DNA of 64,000 bases from Blastocatellia bacterium. Lineage in GTDB: Bacteria; Acidobacteriota; Blastocatellia; RBC074. The notes below the pieces were generated by a model. The model did not search any database. It saw only the letters and a program-made list of their open reading frames with translations, and had not been told where the DNA came from. Both the position numbers and the translations under genes were made by a program. Of this stretch, positions 1 through 8,114 are shown in pieces. Every line of letters begins with the position of its first letter. Position 1 is the stretch's first letter. Where the stretch lies: contig JAYVZE010000190.1 in the NCBI GenBank assembly GCA_043783625.1, positions 31,551 to 95,550 of the forward strand. The letters run 5' to 3'.

Positions 1-177
1 GGCGGAATCATTGATTCATTAGTTGTGCAAGACCCTTATAAAATGGGCTTTGAAGGCGTTCGCTCAATCCTCGATAAAAAGGCGAATAAGCCCGTCGAGC
101 GTCGTCAGGATACAGGTGTCGAGTTAGTCACCAGAGAAAATATGGAAACCACGAAAACCCAAAAGCTGATTAAATAG
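1..177 (+). CDS. 3' end of a periplasmic sugar-binding protein (ABC transporter substrate-binding component, RbsB-like); the 5' end lies outside the window
   Basis: Frame 1 is open from base 1 to TAG at 175-177 (..IIDSLVVQDPYKMGFEGVRSILDK..). Matching ABC ATPase and permease genes follow downstream. Confidence 0.55.
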   Translation, partial: GGIIDSLVVQDPYKMGFEGVRSILDKKANKPVERRQDTGVELVTRENMETTKTQKLIK

Positions 178-274
178 CTTTTGGACTTTTTGACCGTTCC
201 TGGCTGTCACTTTTTAAACTGCAATTTTTTTCTTAATATGTAATAAAATTGATTTGTCGGAGGAGCGAAATTAT

Positions 275-523
275 ATGGCAGTGAATTTACAACAAACGAT
301 TCAAGAGAAGATACATGTACTCTCAGAAGAAGAAATGCGCCAAGTCCTAAACTTTGTCACTTCGCTGCAAAAACAGAGAAAGACGGCACGAGCAAAAACC
401 CTTTCTGCCATTTTTGAAGAACTCAGTAATGAACTCCCTCTTGAGCAATGGCGCGAACTGCCTGCTGATGGCGCGGAAAATCACGATCACTATTTGTATG
501 GTGCGCCGAAGAAAACGAAATAA
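275..523 (+). CDS. type II antitoxin partner of the downstream PIN toxin
   Basis: Small ORF ending 6 nt before the PIN gene. The ATG at 275 is preceded by GGAGG (259-263); the tracked TTG start at 254 is less likely. The C-terminal ..ENHDHYLYG.. tail resembles antitoxins paired with PIN toxins. Confidence 0.6.
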   Translation: MAVNLQQTIQEKIHVLSEEEMRQVLNFVTSLQKQRKTARAKTLSAIFEELSNELPLEQWRELPADGAENHDHYLYGAPKKTK

Positions 524-529
524 CATTTT

Positions 530-937
530 ATGACTGAAGTTTTCGCCGACACTTTTTATTGGGTCGCGTTGGCCAACCCCGCCGACCAATGGCACGCAGC
601 GACAAGAGAATTTGATGAGGCCAATTCTGATGTTTCGATAATCACGACGGAAGAAGTCTTAACCGAATTTCTTAATTTCTATGCGGAGGCGGGCCAACAT
701 CGGCGCAGAATCGTCGGTGCGATGTGTGAACAAATCCTGCTCTACCCGAACATTACAGTAGTAGCGCAGACGCATGAGTCATTTTCACAAGGGATGGAAT
801 TCTATCGGCAGCGCGAAGACAAAGGGTACAGCTTAACCGATTGTATTTCGATGGCTGTGTGTCGGGAACGTAGCATTCAGCAAGTCTTAACTAATAATCA
901 TCATTTCAAGCAAGAGGGGTTGACGATTCTGTTTTGA
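530..937 (+). CDS. vapC: PIN-domain ribonuclease toxin (VapC family)
   Basis: 135 aa with the PIN acidic residues in context (FADTFYW, TTEEVLTEF, SLTDC, TNNHHF). It sits immediately downstream of a small antitoxin ORF. Confidence 0.85.
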   Translation: MTEVFADTFYWVALANPADQWHAATREFDEANSDVSIITTEEVLTEFLNFYAEAGQHRRRIVGAMCEQILLYPNITVVAQTHESFSQGMEFYRQREDKGYSLTDCISMAVCRERSIQQVLTNNHHFKQEGLTILF

Positions 938-1076
938 ACGCAATCGGCACTCGCATCTGATGGTCAAAAGCGACTTAATGACCTGTTTACAGTTCAATTA
1001 ACGGGCGATTTGCTGCTATACTTCAATTATCAACTCAAGCAAACCTTGAGTCACTTTTTGAAAGGTAATTTTTATT

Positions 1077-1226
1077 ATGTTTGCTGGAGATCTTGAATCA
1101 ATTTTACAACCGATCTTTGCACTTGGGGTCGGTGGATTAATTGTTGCAACATTCGTTTTGACGGTGGCGTTTTCAATTGGCTACATCGTGTATTTGCAAT
1201 CACAAAAAGCACCGAGCGATCATTAA
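1077..1226 (+). CDS. possible 49-aa single-pass membrane micro-protein (below the ORF-track cutoff)
   Basis: ATG at 1077 to TAA at 1224-1226 gives MFAGDLESILQPIFALGVGGLIVATFVLTVAFSIGYIVYLQSQKAPSDH, which has one clear hydrophobic helix. There is no homology evidence. Confidence 0.3.
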   Translation: MFAGDLESILQPIFALGVGGLIVATFVLTVAFSIGYIVYLQSQKAPSDH

Positions 1227-1229
1227 TTT

Positions 1230-1302
1230 TGCAGAAACCCGCACGAAGTAAGGGTGCTTTGACACTACGAAGAAATGCCCTTGCTTCGTGCGGATTTCTG
1301 CA
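1230..1302. repeat. palindromic repeat family 1, copy 1
   Basis: The arms TGCAGAAACCCGCACGAAGTAAGGG and CCCTTGCTTCGTGCGGATTTCTGCA form a long stem. The same stem sequence recurs at 30741-30790 and 48911-49012. Confidence 0.8.
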
Positions 1303-1338
1303 TTCATCAATCCACCTTTTAATCTTCCACAATTTCTT

Positions 1339-2835
1339 ATGCCATCGCCCCACAGCGCACTTGAAATGCGCGGCATTTCTAAAGCTTTTGCCGGGAACAT
1401 TGTCCTGACGGATGTCTCGTTGACCGTTCAGCGCGGTGAAGTTTTAGCGTTGCTCGGTGAAAATGGTGCGGGGAAATCTACGCTGATGAAAATCCTCGCC
1501 GGAGTTCATCAACCCGACGGCGGCGAGATTTTCATTGATGACCAACTGGTCAAAATTGCGAATCCAAAAGATTCTCTCAAGCATGGCGTCGCGATGATTT
1601 ATCAGGAGCTTTCCCTCGCTCCGCATCTGACCGTCGCTGAAAATATTTTCCTCGGACGCGAACCCGTCAACAATTTTGGGTTCATTAATCAAAAATCATT
1701 AGTCGAAAATGCAGCGCAGCTTTTAAAAGAGTACGGGTTCAATCTTGCCCCGAACTCTAAAGTCAGTCATCTGAGTACGGCGAAACGCCAGTTAGTCGAA
1801 ATCACGCGCGCGATTGTCGAAGCTAAAAAAGTCATCGTCATGGATGAGCCAACTTCTTCGCTGACCTCCAACGAAGTCGAAGAATTATTTCGCCTGATTC
1901 GTGATTTAAAAGCTCGCGGCTTAGCCGTAATTTATATTTCGCATCGTCTGGAAGAACTGGATGAAATCGCAGATCGTGTCACGATTCTGCGTGACGGGCG
2001 CGCCGTTTTTTCAGGGGTTTGGGGATCAATCAACACCGATGAAGTTATTCGTCACATGGCGGGACGCGAACTGAAAGAAATTTTTCCTCCGCGTCACGCC
2101 TCCATCGGTGAAGTAAAATTAAGCGTGAAAAATTTAGGCCGCGCTCCCAAATTTGAGAACGTCAATTTTGAAGTTCGCGCCGGAGAAGTTGTCGGCATCG
2201 CCGGACTCGCAGGAGCCGGACGCACCGAATTAGTCGAAGCAATTTACGGCACCCAGCCAGCGACTACCGGCGAAATTAATTTGCTGGGAAATAATATCGC
2301 GCGTTCGACACCCTCTCACTCGGTACAAAACGGCTTGAGTTTATTGACCGAAGACCGCAAGCGGACAGGTCTTTGTTTGAATTTGCCGCTGTCAACGAAT
2401 ATGACGTTGGCGAATGTCAAAGCGCTTCTCAGCGGGCTTCGACTCAGCCAGTCGGCTGAAACCAAAGCGGCTACGCATTACATCGAAAAACTGCAAATTC
2501 GCCCGCCTTCTCCGACCAAAGTTGTCGGGAGAATGAGCGGCGGAAATCAGCAAAAAGTATTATTAGGACGTTGGCTGTTTGCGAATACCAAAGTATTTTT
2601 ATTGGACGAACCGACCCGTGGCGTAGACGTGGCGGCGCGTTCTGAAATTTACCGCGAAGTTAACGAACTGGCAGAACAGGGAGCCGCTATCGTCATGGTG
2701 TCTTCAGATTTACCTGAGTTGTTAGGAATGGCTGACAGAATTTTAGTGATGAGGCGCGGACGATTTGTCGCTGAATTGAATGGTAAAGAAACTTCACAGG
2801 AAGAAATTTTAAAATACGCCGCCGTTGAAGAATAA
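1339..2835 (+). CDS. sugar ABC transporter ATP-binding protein (two fused ABC domains, RbsA/MglA type)
   Basis: Walker [10 protein letters not shown] and a second P-loop GLAGAGRTE, plus signature LSGGNQQK-like motifs. The start is moved to ATG 1339 because the tracked start at 1288 lies inside the palindromic repeat. Confidence 0.9.
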   Translation: MPSPHSALEMRGISKAFAGNIVLTDVSLTVQRGEVLALLGENGAGKSTLMKILAGVHQPDGGEIFIDDQLVKIANPKDSLKHGVAMIYQELSLAPHLTVAENIFLGREPVNNFGFINQKSLVENAAQLLKEYGFNLAPNSKVSHLSTAKRQLVEITRAIVEAKKVIVMDEPTSSLTSNEVEELFRLIRDLKARGLAVIYISHRLEELDEIADRVTILRDGRAVFSGVWGSINTDEVIRHMAGRELKEIFPPRHASIGEVKLSVKNLGRAPKFENVNFEVRAGEVVGIAGLAGAGRTELVEAIYGTQPATTGEINLLGNNIARSTPSHSVQNGLSLLTEDRKRTGLCLNLPLSTNMTLANVKALLSGLRLSQSAETKAATHYIEKLQIRPPSPTKVVGRMSGGNQQKVLLGRWLFANTKVFLLDEPTRGVDVAARSEIYREVNELAEQGAAIVMVSSDLPELLGMADRILVMRRGRFVAELNGKETSQEEILKYAAVEE

Positions 2836-2874
2836 GCAGATACAAAAGTAGACATTAGCGGAAAGAAGAAATTA

Positions 2875-2995
2875 TCCACGAAGGACACGGAGGAACACGA
2901 AGTTTTTTTAACTTCTCTTGGTGCTTTGCTTCCCTCTTTTGCAGCACGAACTAAAAAAATGTTTTCCTTCGTGCTATCTTCGTGCCCTTCGTGGA
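2875..2995. repeat. 121-bp imperfect palindrome inside the ABC operon
   Basis: Arm TCCACGAAGGACACGGAGGAACACGAAG (2875-2902) pairs with CTTCGTGCTATCTTCGTGCCCTTCGTGGA (2967-2995). The inner T7A/TA7 tracts also pair. Confidence 0.75.
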
Positions 2996-3036
2996 CAGTT
3001 AATTCAGCTCATCACAAGACGTTAAGGAGAAAGATT

Positions 3037-3207
3037 ATGACCCCGCAAATTTTTCGTATTATTGGACTGCTCTGCTGCATCACGGCAGCCATTCTCGCCG
3101 CCGCTCATTTTATGGGCAGACCGTTATTTGGTTCGGTCTATACACCTTTATTATTAGTGGTCATTGGCGCACTCTTTTTGATCCGTGGCAGATTAACCCG
3201 TTCCTAA
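3037..3207 (+). CDS. 56-aa two-helix membrane micro-protein, translationally coupled to the permease
   Basis: ATG 3037 is preceded by AAGGAGA (3024-3030). The product is MTPQIFRIIGLLCCITAAILAAAHF..LLLVVIGALFLIRG. Its stop lies 3 nt before the permease ATG. The tracked start at 2926 runs through the palindrome. Confidence 0.45.
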   Translation: MTPQIFRIIGLLCCITAAILAAAHFMGRPLFGSVYTPLLLVVIGALFLIRGRLTRS

Positions 3208-3210
3208 ATT

Positions 3211-4161
3211 ATGCCTGACATCATCAAAAAATTTATCCCTTTTATCAGCCTGCTGCTGCTGGGCATCATTATCTTTGTCCGCGAACCGCTGTTTCTCTCG
3301 GCTGATAATTTGGCTGGCGTTGCCCGCCAAACCGCTGTGATTACCGTCATGGCGATGGGCATGACAATGGTCATGATTTCCGGCGGGATTGATCTTTCCG
3401 TCGGATCATTAATGTCACTCGCCGGAGTCTGCGGTGCACTTTTCATGTCCGGCAAACCTTCAACATTCCCGATACTTTTGATGGGATTAGGGATTTGTAT
3501 TGCGACCGGATTGATGGGTGGATTTATCAATGGTTTAGCTGTAACACGATTAAAAATCCCGCCCTTTATTGTGACGCTGGGAGCACTCGGAATTTATCGC
3601 GGCATCGCTCTTTTAATTACCGGCGGAAACGGAGTCGTGAGCCTGCCTGAAGGCTTCGGAAAGCTTGCCGCTGGAACCGTTTTTAAAATTCCGGTGCCGC
3701 TCTTAATCGTCATTGCGATTGCGCTGATTATTCATTTTCTATTATCCAGTACGAGGCTCGGCAGATATTGCTACGCCATCGGCAGCAACCTTGAAGCCGC
3801 AAGATACGCCGGAATCAAAGTCGCACAATATCAAATTAGCTTTTACAGTATTTTAGGAATACTCACTGGCTTAGCCGGAGCGTTAGTCGCTTCAAGATTA
3901 CTGAACGGCGTCCCGACCGAAGGCGAAGGAATTGAACTGAATGTCATCGCGGCGGTCGTCATTGGTGGTGGCAGTCTGAGCGGTGGACAAGGCACAGTAG
4001 TTGGTACAATCATCGGCTCTCTGATTATGGGAGTCTTAGCAAATGGCGCGAATCTATTAGGGATTTCGCCCTTTATTCAAAAAATTGTCATTGGAACCGT
4101 GATTGTTTTGGCCGTCACCTTCGATGAATTTCAACGTCGTAAATTTGAAACTGCGGAATAA
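3211..4161 (+). CDS. sugar ABC transporter permease (RbsC/BPD_transp_2 type)
   Basis: 316 aa, polytopic and hydrophobic. Motifs such as GGIDLSVGS and AVVIGGGSLSGGQG are typical of ribose/xylose-type permeases. Confidence 0.9.
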   Translation: MPDIIKKFIPFISLLLLGIIIFVREPLFLSADNLAGVARQTAVITVMAMGMTMVMISGGIDLSVGSLMSLAGVCGALFMSGKPSTFPILLMGLGICIATGLMGGFINGLAVTRLKIPPFIVTLGALGIYRGIALLITGGNGVVSLPEGFGKLAAGTVFKIPVPLLIVIAIALIIHFLLSSTRLGRYCYAIGSNLEAARYAGIKVAQYQISFYSILGILTGLAGALVASRLLNGVPTEGEGIELNVIAAVVIGGGSLSGGQGTVVGTIIGSLIMGVLANGANLLGISPFIQKIVIGTVIVLAVTFDEFQRRKFETAE

Positions 4162-4171
4162 ATAATCGTTT

Positions 4172-5014
4172 ATGAAACTTGCACAATTTAAAACCAAAGA
4201 CACAGATGGAATTCGCCTCGGATTATTGCGTGGCGATGTAATTGTTGATGTGACCGACATCGCTCCGACGATGAAGGACGCCATCGAACGCTTCGGAGTG
4301 ATTGCCAAAGCCTTGAACGACGCGACTGCCAAAACAGCTTACGCGCTGGATGCGGTCGAATATCTGCCGGCGGTTTATCCCAGACAAATAATTGCGATTG
4401 GTCGCAATTATCACGACCACGCGGTAGAAGGCGGCTCTGATGTGCCGACTTCTCCGATGGTATTTATGAAATTGCCGAATTCACTGAATTCACACAACGG
4501 CAACATCGTCCTGCCAAAGCATAGTTCACAAGTTGACTTTGAAGCTGAACTCGCTGTCGTCATCGGCAAGCGTGCCAAACATGTCAGCGAAGAAGACGCG
4601 ATGAACTACGTGTTCGGCTATGCCTGTTTGCACGATGTCAGCGCACGCGATTTGCAATTCGCTGACGGTCAATGGATTCGCGGCAAAGGACAGGATACCT
4701 TTTGCCCGGTTGGCCCGTTCATCACGACCAGAGATGAAGTCGCCGATATTAACAACCTGAAAATTGAAGGGCGATTGAACGGCGAAACGATGCAATCGTC
4801 CAATACCAGCAAATTGATTTTCAAGATTCCATATTTAATTCACTACCTCACGCAAGGCATCACGCTGGAACCGGGCGATGTGATTGCTACCGGCACGCCT
4901 GAAGGTGTAGGCGTTTTCCGCAAGCCCCCCATTTTACTGAAAGATGGCGATGTCTTTGAAATCGAAATTGAAGGCTTGGGAATTTTGAGCAATCCCTGCG
5001 TGGCAGAGAAATAA
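4172..5014 (+). CDS. fumarylacetoacetate hydrolase (FAH) family enzyme, possibly a 2-keto-3-deoxy-pentonate dehydratase-type activity
   Basis: FAH-family signatures: IIAIGRNYHDH, DFEAELAVVIG, GDVIATGTPEGVG. It sits within the pentose gene context. Confidence 0.85.
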   Translation: MKLAQFKTKDTDGIRLGLLRGDVIVDVTDIAPTMKDAIERFGVIAKALNDATAKTAYALDAVEYLPAVYPRQIIAIGRNYHDHAVEGGSDVPTSPMVFMKLPNSLNSHNGNIVLPKHSSQVDFEAELAVVIGKRAKHVSEEDAMNYVFGYACLHDVSARDLQFADGQWIRGKGQDTFCPVGPFITTRDEVADINNLKIEGRLNGETMQSSNTSKLIFKIPYLIHYLTQGITLEPGDVIATGTPEGVGVFRKPPILLKDGDVFEIEIEGLGILSNPCVAEK

Positions 5015-5113
5015 ATGCACCGGTAACGCGCCAGCTCGACGCCGAGCCAAACTTGACATCACTCCGATTTGATGAGTTTATGGTAGTATTCCCCCTTTTC
5101 AGAATGGAGTTTA

Positions 5114-6085
5114 ATGAACAAAAATGATGTAATCCGGGCGTGGGGACGAATCCTTCAAGGTGACTATCCCTCGCTATCTATTGAAATTACACGGGAATGC
5201 CCTTTACGCTGCCCCGGCTGTTACGCCTACGAACCCGAACATCTCGGAGATTTGGGGCCACTCCGCTCACTGGCCGATCATAAAGGCGATGATTTGGTCG
5301 AAGCCGTTTTAAAAACCGTTCGTGAACATCGTCCGCTCCATCTTTCGATTGTGGGCGGTGAACCATTAGTTCGCTTTCGTGAACTGAATTCCATCTTGCC
5401 GGAAATTGGCAAAATGGGAGTTACAACGCAATTAGTTACCAGCGCAGTTCGTGAAATTCCGCAGGAATGGGCGAAGATTCCCGGACTGTATTTCGTCGTC
5501 TCAATTGACGGCTTACAGCCCGAACACGACGAACGCCGTAAGCCTGCCACCTACGAAAAAATTCTCAAGAATATTGTCGGACACCAAATCACCGTACATT
5601 GCACAATTACCAGCCAAATCGCTCAACGGGCGGGTTATCTGGAAGAATTTTTAGCTTTCTGGTCGGCAAAAGAGGAAGTCAAGCGAGTCTGGTTTAGTTT
5701 GTTCACTCCGCAAAAAGGAGCCACAGACATTGAAATTCTCGATCAAGAAACCAAGCTGAGATTGCTCGACGAATTAGGCGAACTTCGCGCGAAATTTCCG
5801 AAACTTGATCTGCACGATATGGTGCTGGAAGGCTACAAAAAACCGCCTTCAAAACCGGAAGATTGTATTTTTGCGCGGACTACGTTGAATCTGACGGCTG
5901 ACCTGAAAAGTAAGATCACCCCTTGCCAATTTGGAGGTGAACCGGATTGTTCACAATGCGGCTGTGTCGCGTCTGCCGGATTGACTTCGATTGGCGATTA
6001 CAAATTATTTGGTGCAGTTCCATTAAGAACACTTTTTAATGCTTCTGATAAGGTTGGACAAGTTTATAAAAAGATGGCTGGCTGA
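5114..6085 (+). CDS. radical SAM protein with a C-terminal Cys cluster
   Basis: CPLRCPGCY (CxxxCxxC) near the N-terminus, GGEPL, and a C-terminal ..PCQFGGEPDCSQCGC.. cluster. Confidence 0.85.
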   Translation: MNKNDVIRAWGRILQGDYPSLSIEITRECPLRCPGCYAYEPEHLGDLGPLRSLADHKGDDLVEAVLKTVREHRPLHLSIVGGEPLVRFRELNSILPEIGKMGVTTQLVTSAVREIPQEWAKIPGLYFVVSIDGLQPEHDERRKPATYEKILKNIVGHQITVHCTITSQIAQRAGYLEEFLAFWSAKEEVKRVWFSLFTPQKGATDIEILDQETKLRLLDELGELRAKFPKLDLHDMVLEGYKKPPSKPEDCIFARTTLNLTADLKSKITPCQFGGEPDCSQCGCVASAGLTSIGDYKLFGAVPLRTLFNASDKVGQVYKKMAG

Positions 6086-6110
6086 TCAGAAATAAAATTC
6101 CCTGCTAAAT

Positions 6111-7637
6111 ATGAGCCAATATTTCATCGGCATTGACAGCGGTACGCAAAGCACTAAGGCTATTATTTTAGACGCAGAATCCGGCGCAGTTATCACGTCG
6201 GATTCTGCGTCTTATGATTTAATCGAAGGCTTGCCGGCAGGTCACAAAGAACAATATCCTTCCGAATGGATTGCCGCTGTCAAATCCACGATCAGCGGGG
6301 TACTAAATAAAGCCAATATTGATCGTTCAAGCGTCAAAGGCATCGGTGTTTCGGGACAACAACACGGCTTTGTTCCGCTCGACGAAAATGATGCAGTAAT
6401 TCGTCCGGCGAAGCTCTGGTGCGATACGACAACGATGGCGGAATGTGACGAAATCATTAATAAAATTGGTGGACTCAAGCAAACCATTGAAGCTGTCGGC
6501 AATGGAATTCCGGCTGGATTTACGGCTTCAAAAATTCTCTGGCTCAAGCATCATGAGCCGGAAAATTATGCGAAGCTAAAAACAATTCTCCTCCCGCACG
6601 ATTACATTAATTTTTGGTTGACGGGCAACAAGACGATGGAGTTCGGCGACGCTTCAGGAACCGCGTTGCTGGATGTACGAAATCGTGCCTGGTCGAATTC
6701 TGCCATCAACGCGATTGATCCGCGTGTCGCAGAAATGCTGCCAAAACTTATCAATGCTGACGACATCGCTGGAACGCTGCGCGAAGAATTAGCCAACGAA
6801 TTCGGGCTTGGCAATGATGTCATTGTCAGTTCAGGCGGCGGCGATAATATGATGGGAGCCATCGGCACAGGCAACGTCAAACCCGGCGGCGTCACCGTCA
6901 GCCTCGGCACGTCAGGAACAATTTACGCATGTTCATCGCATCCTGTCATTGATCCCAAAGGCGAAGTCGCAGCCTTCTGCGATTCCACCGGAAAATGGTT
7001 GCCGTTGGTTTGTACCATGAACGTGACTGTCGCCACGGAAATGGTGCGCGAACGATTTAATTTATCGCACGAAGAATTATCCCACGCCGTAGCCTCGGCT
7101 CCGGCTGGTAATGATGGATTAATGCTGATTCCCTTTTTTGAGGGCGAACGAACTCCGAATGTCCCCGACGGAACCGGAGTTTATTTCGGCTTACGCGATC
7201 AAACATTTACGATCCCGCATTTTGCCCGCGCCGCGATGGAAGGCACAACGCTGGGCTTGAATTACGGCTTGAATCGTTTTCGAGAATTAGGCATTACGCC
7301 GAAAGAAATTCGCGCCACTGGCGGCGGAGCCAAGAGCAAAGTCTGGCGACAAATTATGGCGGATATTTTTGACGCCGAAGTTGTGTGTACAGTCAGCGAA
7401 GAAGGCGGCGCAGTCGGAGCCGCAATTCAGGCGGTTTGGGCGTATCATAAACAAACCGGAATCAATTCAAAGCTCGAAGATTTATGTGATAAATTTCTCG
7501 CGCTAGACGAATCAACCAGAGCAATTCCCAATGCCGCAAACGTCGCACATTACAAACAAATGCAAAAGCTGCACGATCAAATTGCGCACGACCTTCAAGC
7601 ATCGTTTACTGAACATCGAAAAATGATTGCCACATAA
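6111..7637 (+). CDS. xylB: xylulokinase (FGGY carbohydrate kinase)
   Basis: N-terminal YFIGIDSGTQSTKAIILD, GVSGQQHG, and C-terminal ATGGGAKSKVWRQIMADIF, all typical of XylB. Confidence 0.85.
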   Translation: MSQYFIGIDSGTQSTKAIILDAESGAVITSDSASYDLIEGLPAGHKEQYPSEWIAAVKSTISGVLNKANIDRSSVKGIGVSGQQHGFVPLDENDAVIRPAKLWCDTTTMAECDEIINKIGGLKQTIEAVGNGIPAGFTASKILWLKHHEPENYAKLKTILLPHDYINFWLTGNKTMEFGDASGTALLDVRNRAWSNSAINAIDPRVAEMLPKLINADDIAGTLREELANEFGLGNDVIVSSGGGDNMMGAIGTGNVKPGGVTVSLGTSGTIYACSSHPVIDPKGEVAAFCDSTGKWLPLVCTMNVTVATEMVRERFNLSHEELSHAVASAPAGNDGLMLIPFFEGERTPNVPDGTGVYFGLRDQTFTIPHFARAAMEGTTLGLNYGLNRFRELGITPKEIRATGGGAKSKVWRQIMADIFDAEVVCTVSEEGGAVGAAIQAVWAYHKQTGINSKLEDLCDKFLALDESTRAIPNAANVAHYKQMQKLHDQIAHDLQASFTEHRKMIAT

Positions 7638-7640
7638 TTT

Positions 7641-7865
7641 ATGCGACTCTTTTTTGCAGGAGCATTTATTTTTCTCAGCGTCTTGCTCAGCGTTTTATAT
7701 TTACCGCTTACAACTCCCACCTGGCTTAAAACTGTTGTCTTGATTTTGACATTTTCTATTTCGATGCTTCTTGCTCGAAAATACATTCAGCTCAGTTTCG
7801 TACGCGACAGCACGAATGAAGCGGAACAACAATTCGAAACCAAGCAGCAGAAAAAAGATGAGTAG
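7641..7865 (+). CDS. 74-aa hypothetical membrane protein
   Basis: Starts 4 nt after the xylB stop. It has two hydrophobic segments followed by a charged tail. No recognisable family. Confidence 0.4.
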   Translation: MRLFFAGAFIFLSVLLSVLYLPLTTPTWLKTVVLILTFSISMLLARKYIQLSFVRDSTNEAEQQFETKQQKKDE

Positions 7866-8114
7866 TAGTAATAAAAAAAACTAGTTCCCCCACCTTCACT
7901 CTGAAGCACTAACCGATATTGCTCTTTACATCGAAATGAATGTAAGATCAGCTCGAAATACCGTAACAAATTAAATACGCCTTCACTCCTGCAATTTTTT
8001 CAGGAGCCAAAAGACGAATTCAACAACCACCAAGATTGGATCTGTGCATTCTCATAGCCTCCCTCCTCGAAGTGCTGTGTTCCAATTGATTTCAAATATT
8101 AATAGGAGAAGTCT

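Noticed and set aside
1230-1302. Repeat family 1 as integron attC sites (imperfect palindromes of variable length).
   Set aside because: The ends lack the RYYYAAC/GTTRRRY core sites. No intI gene or cassette-like gene arrangement is present, and the copies are dispersed over 48 kb.
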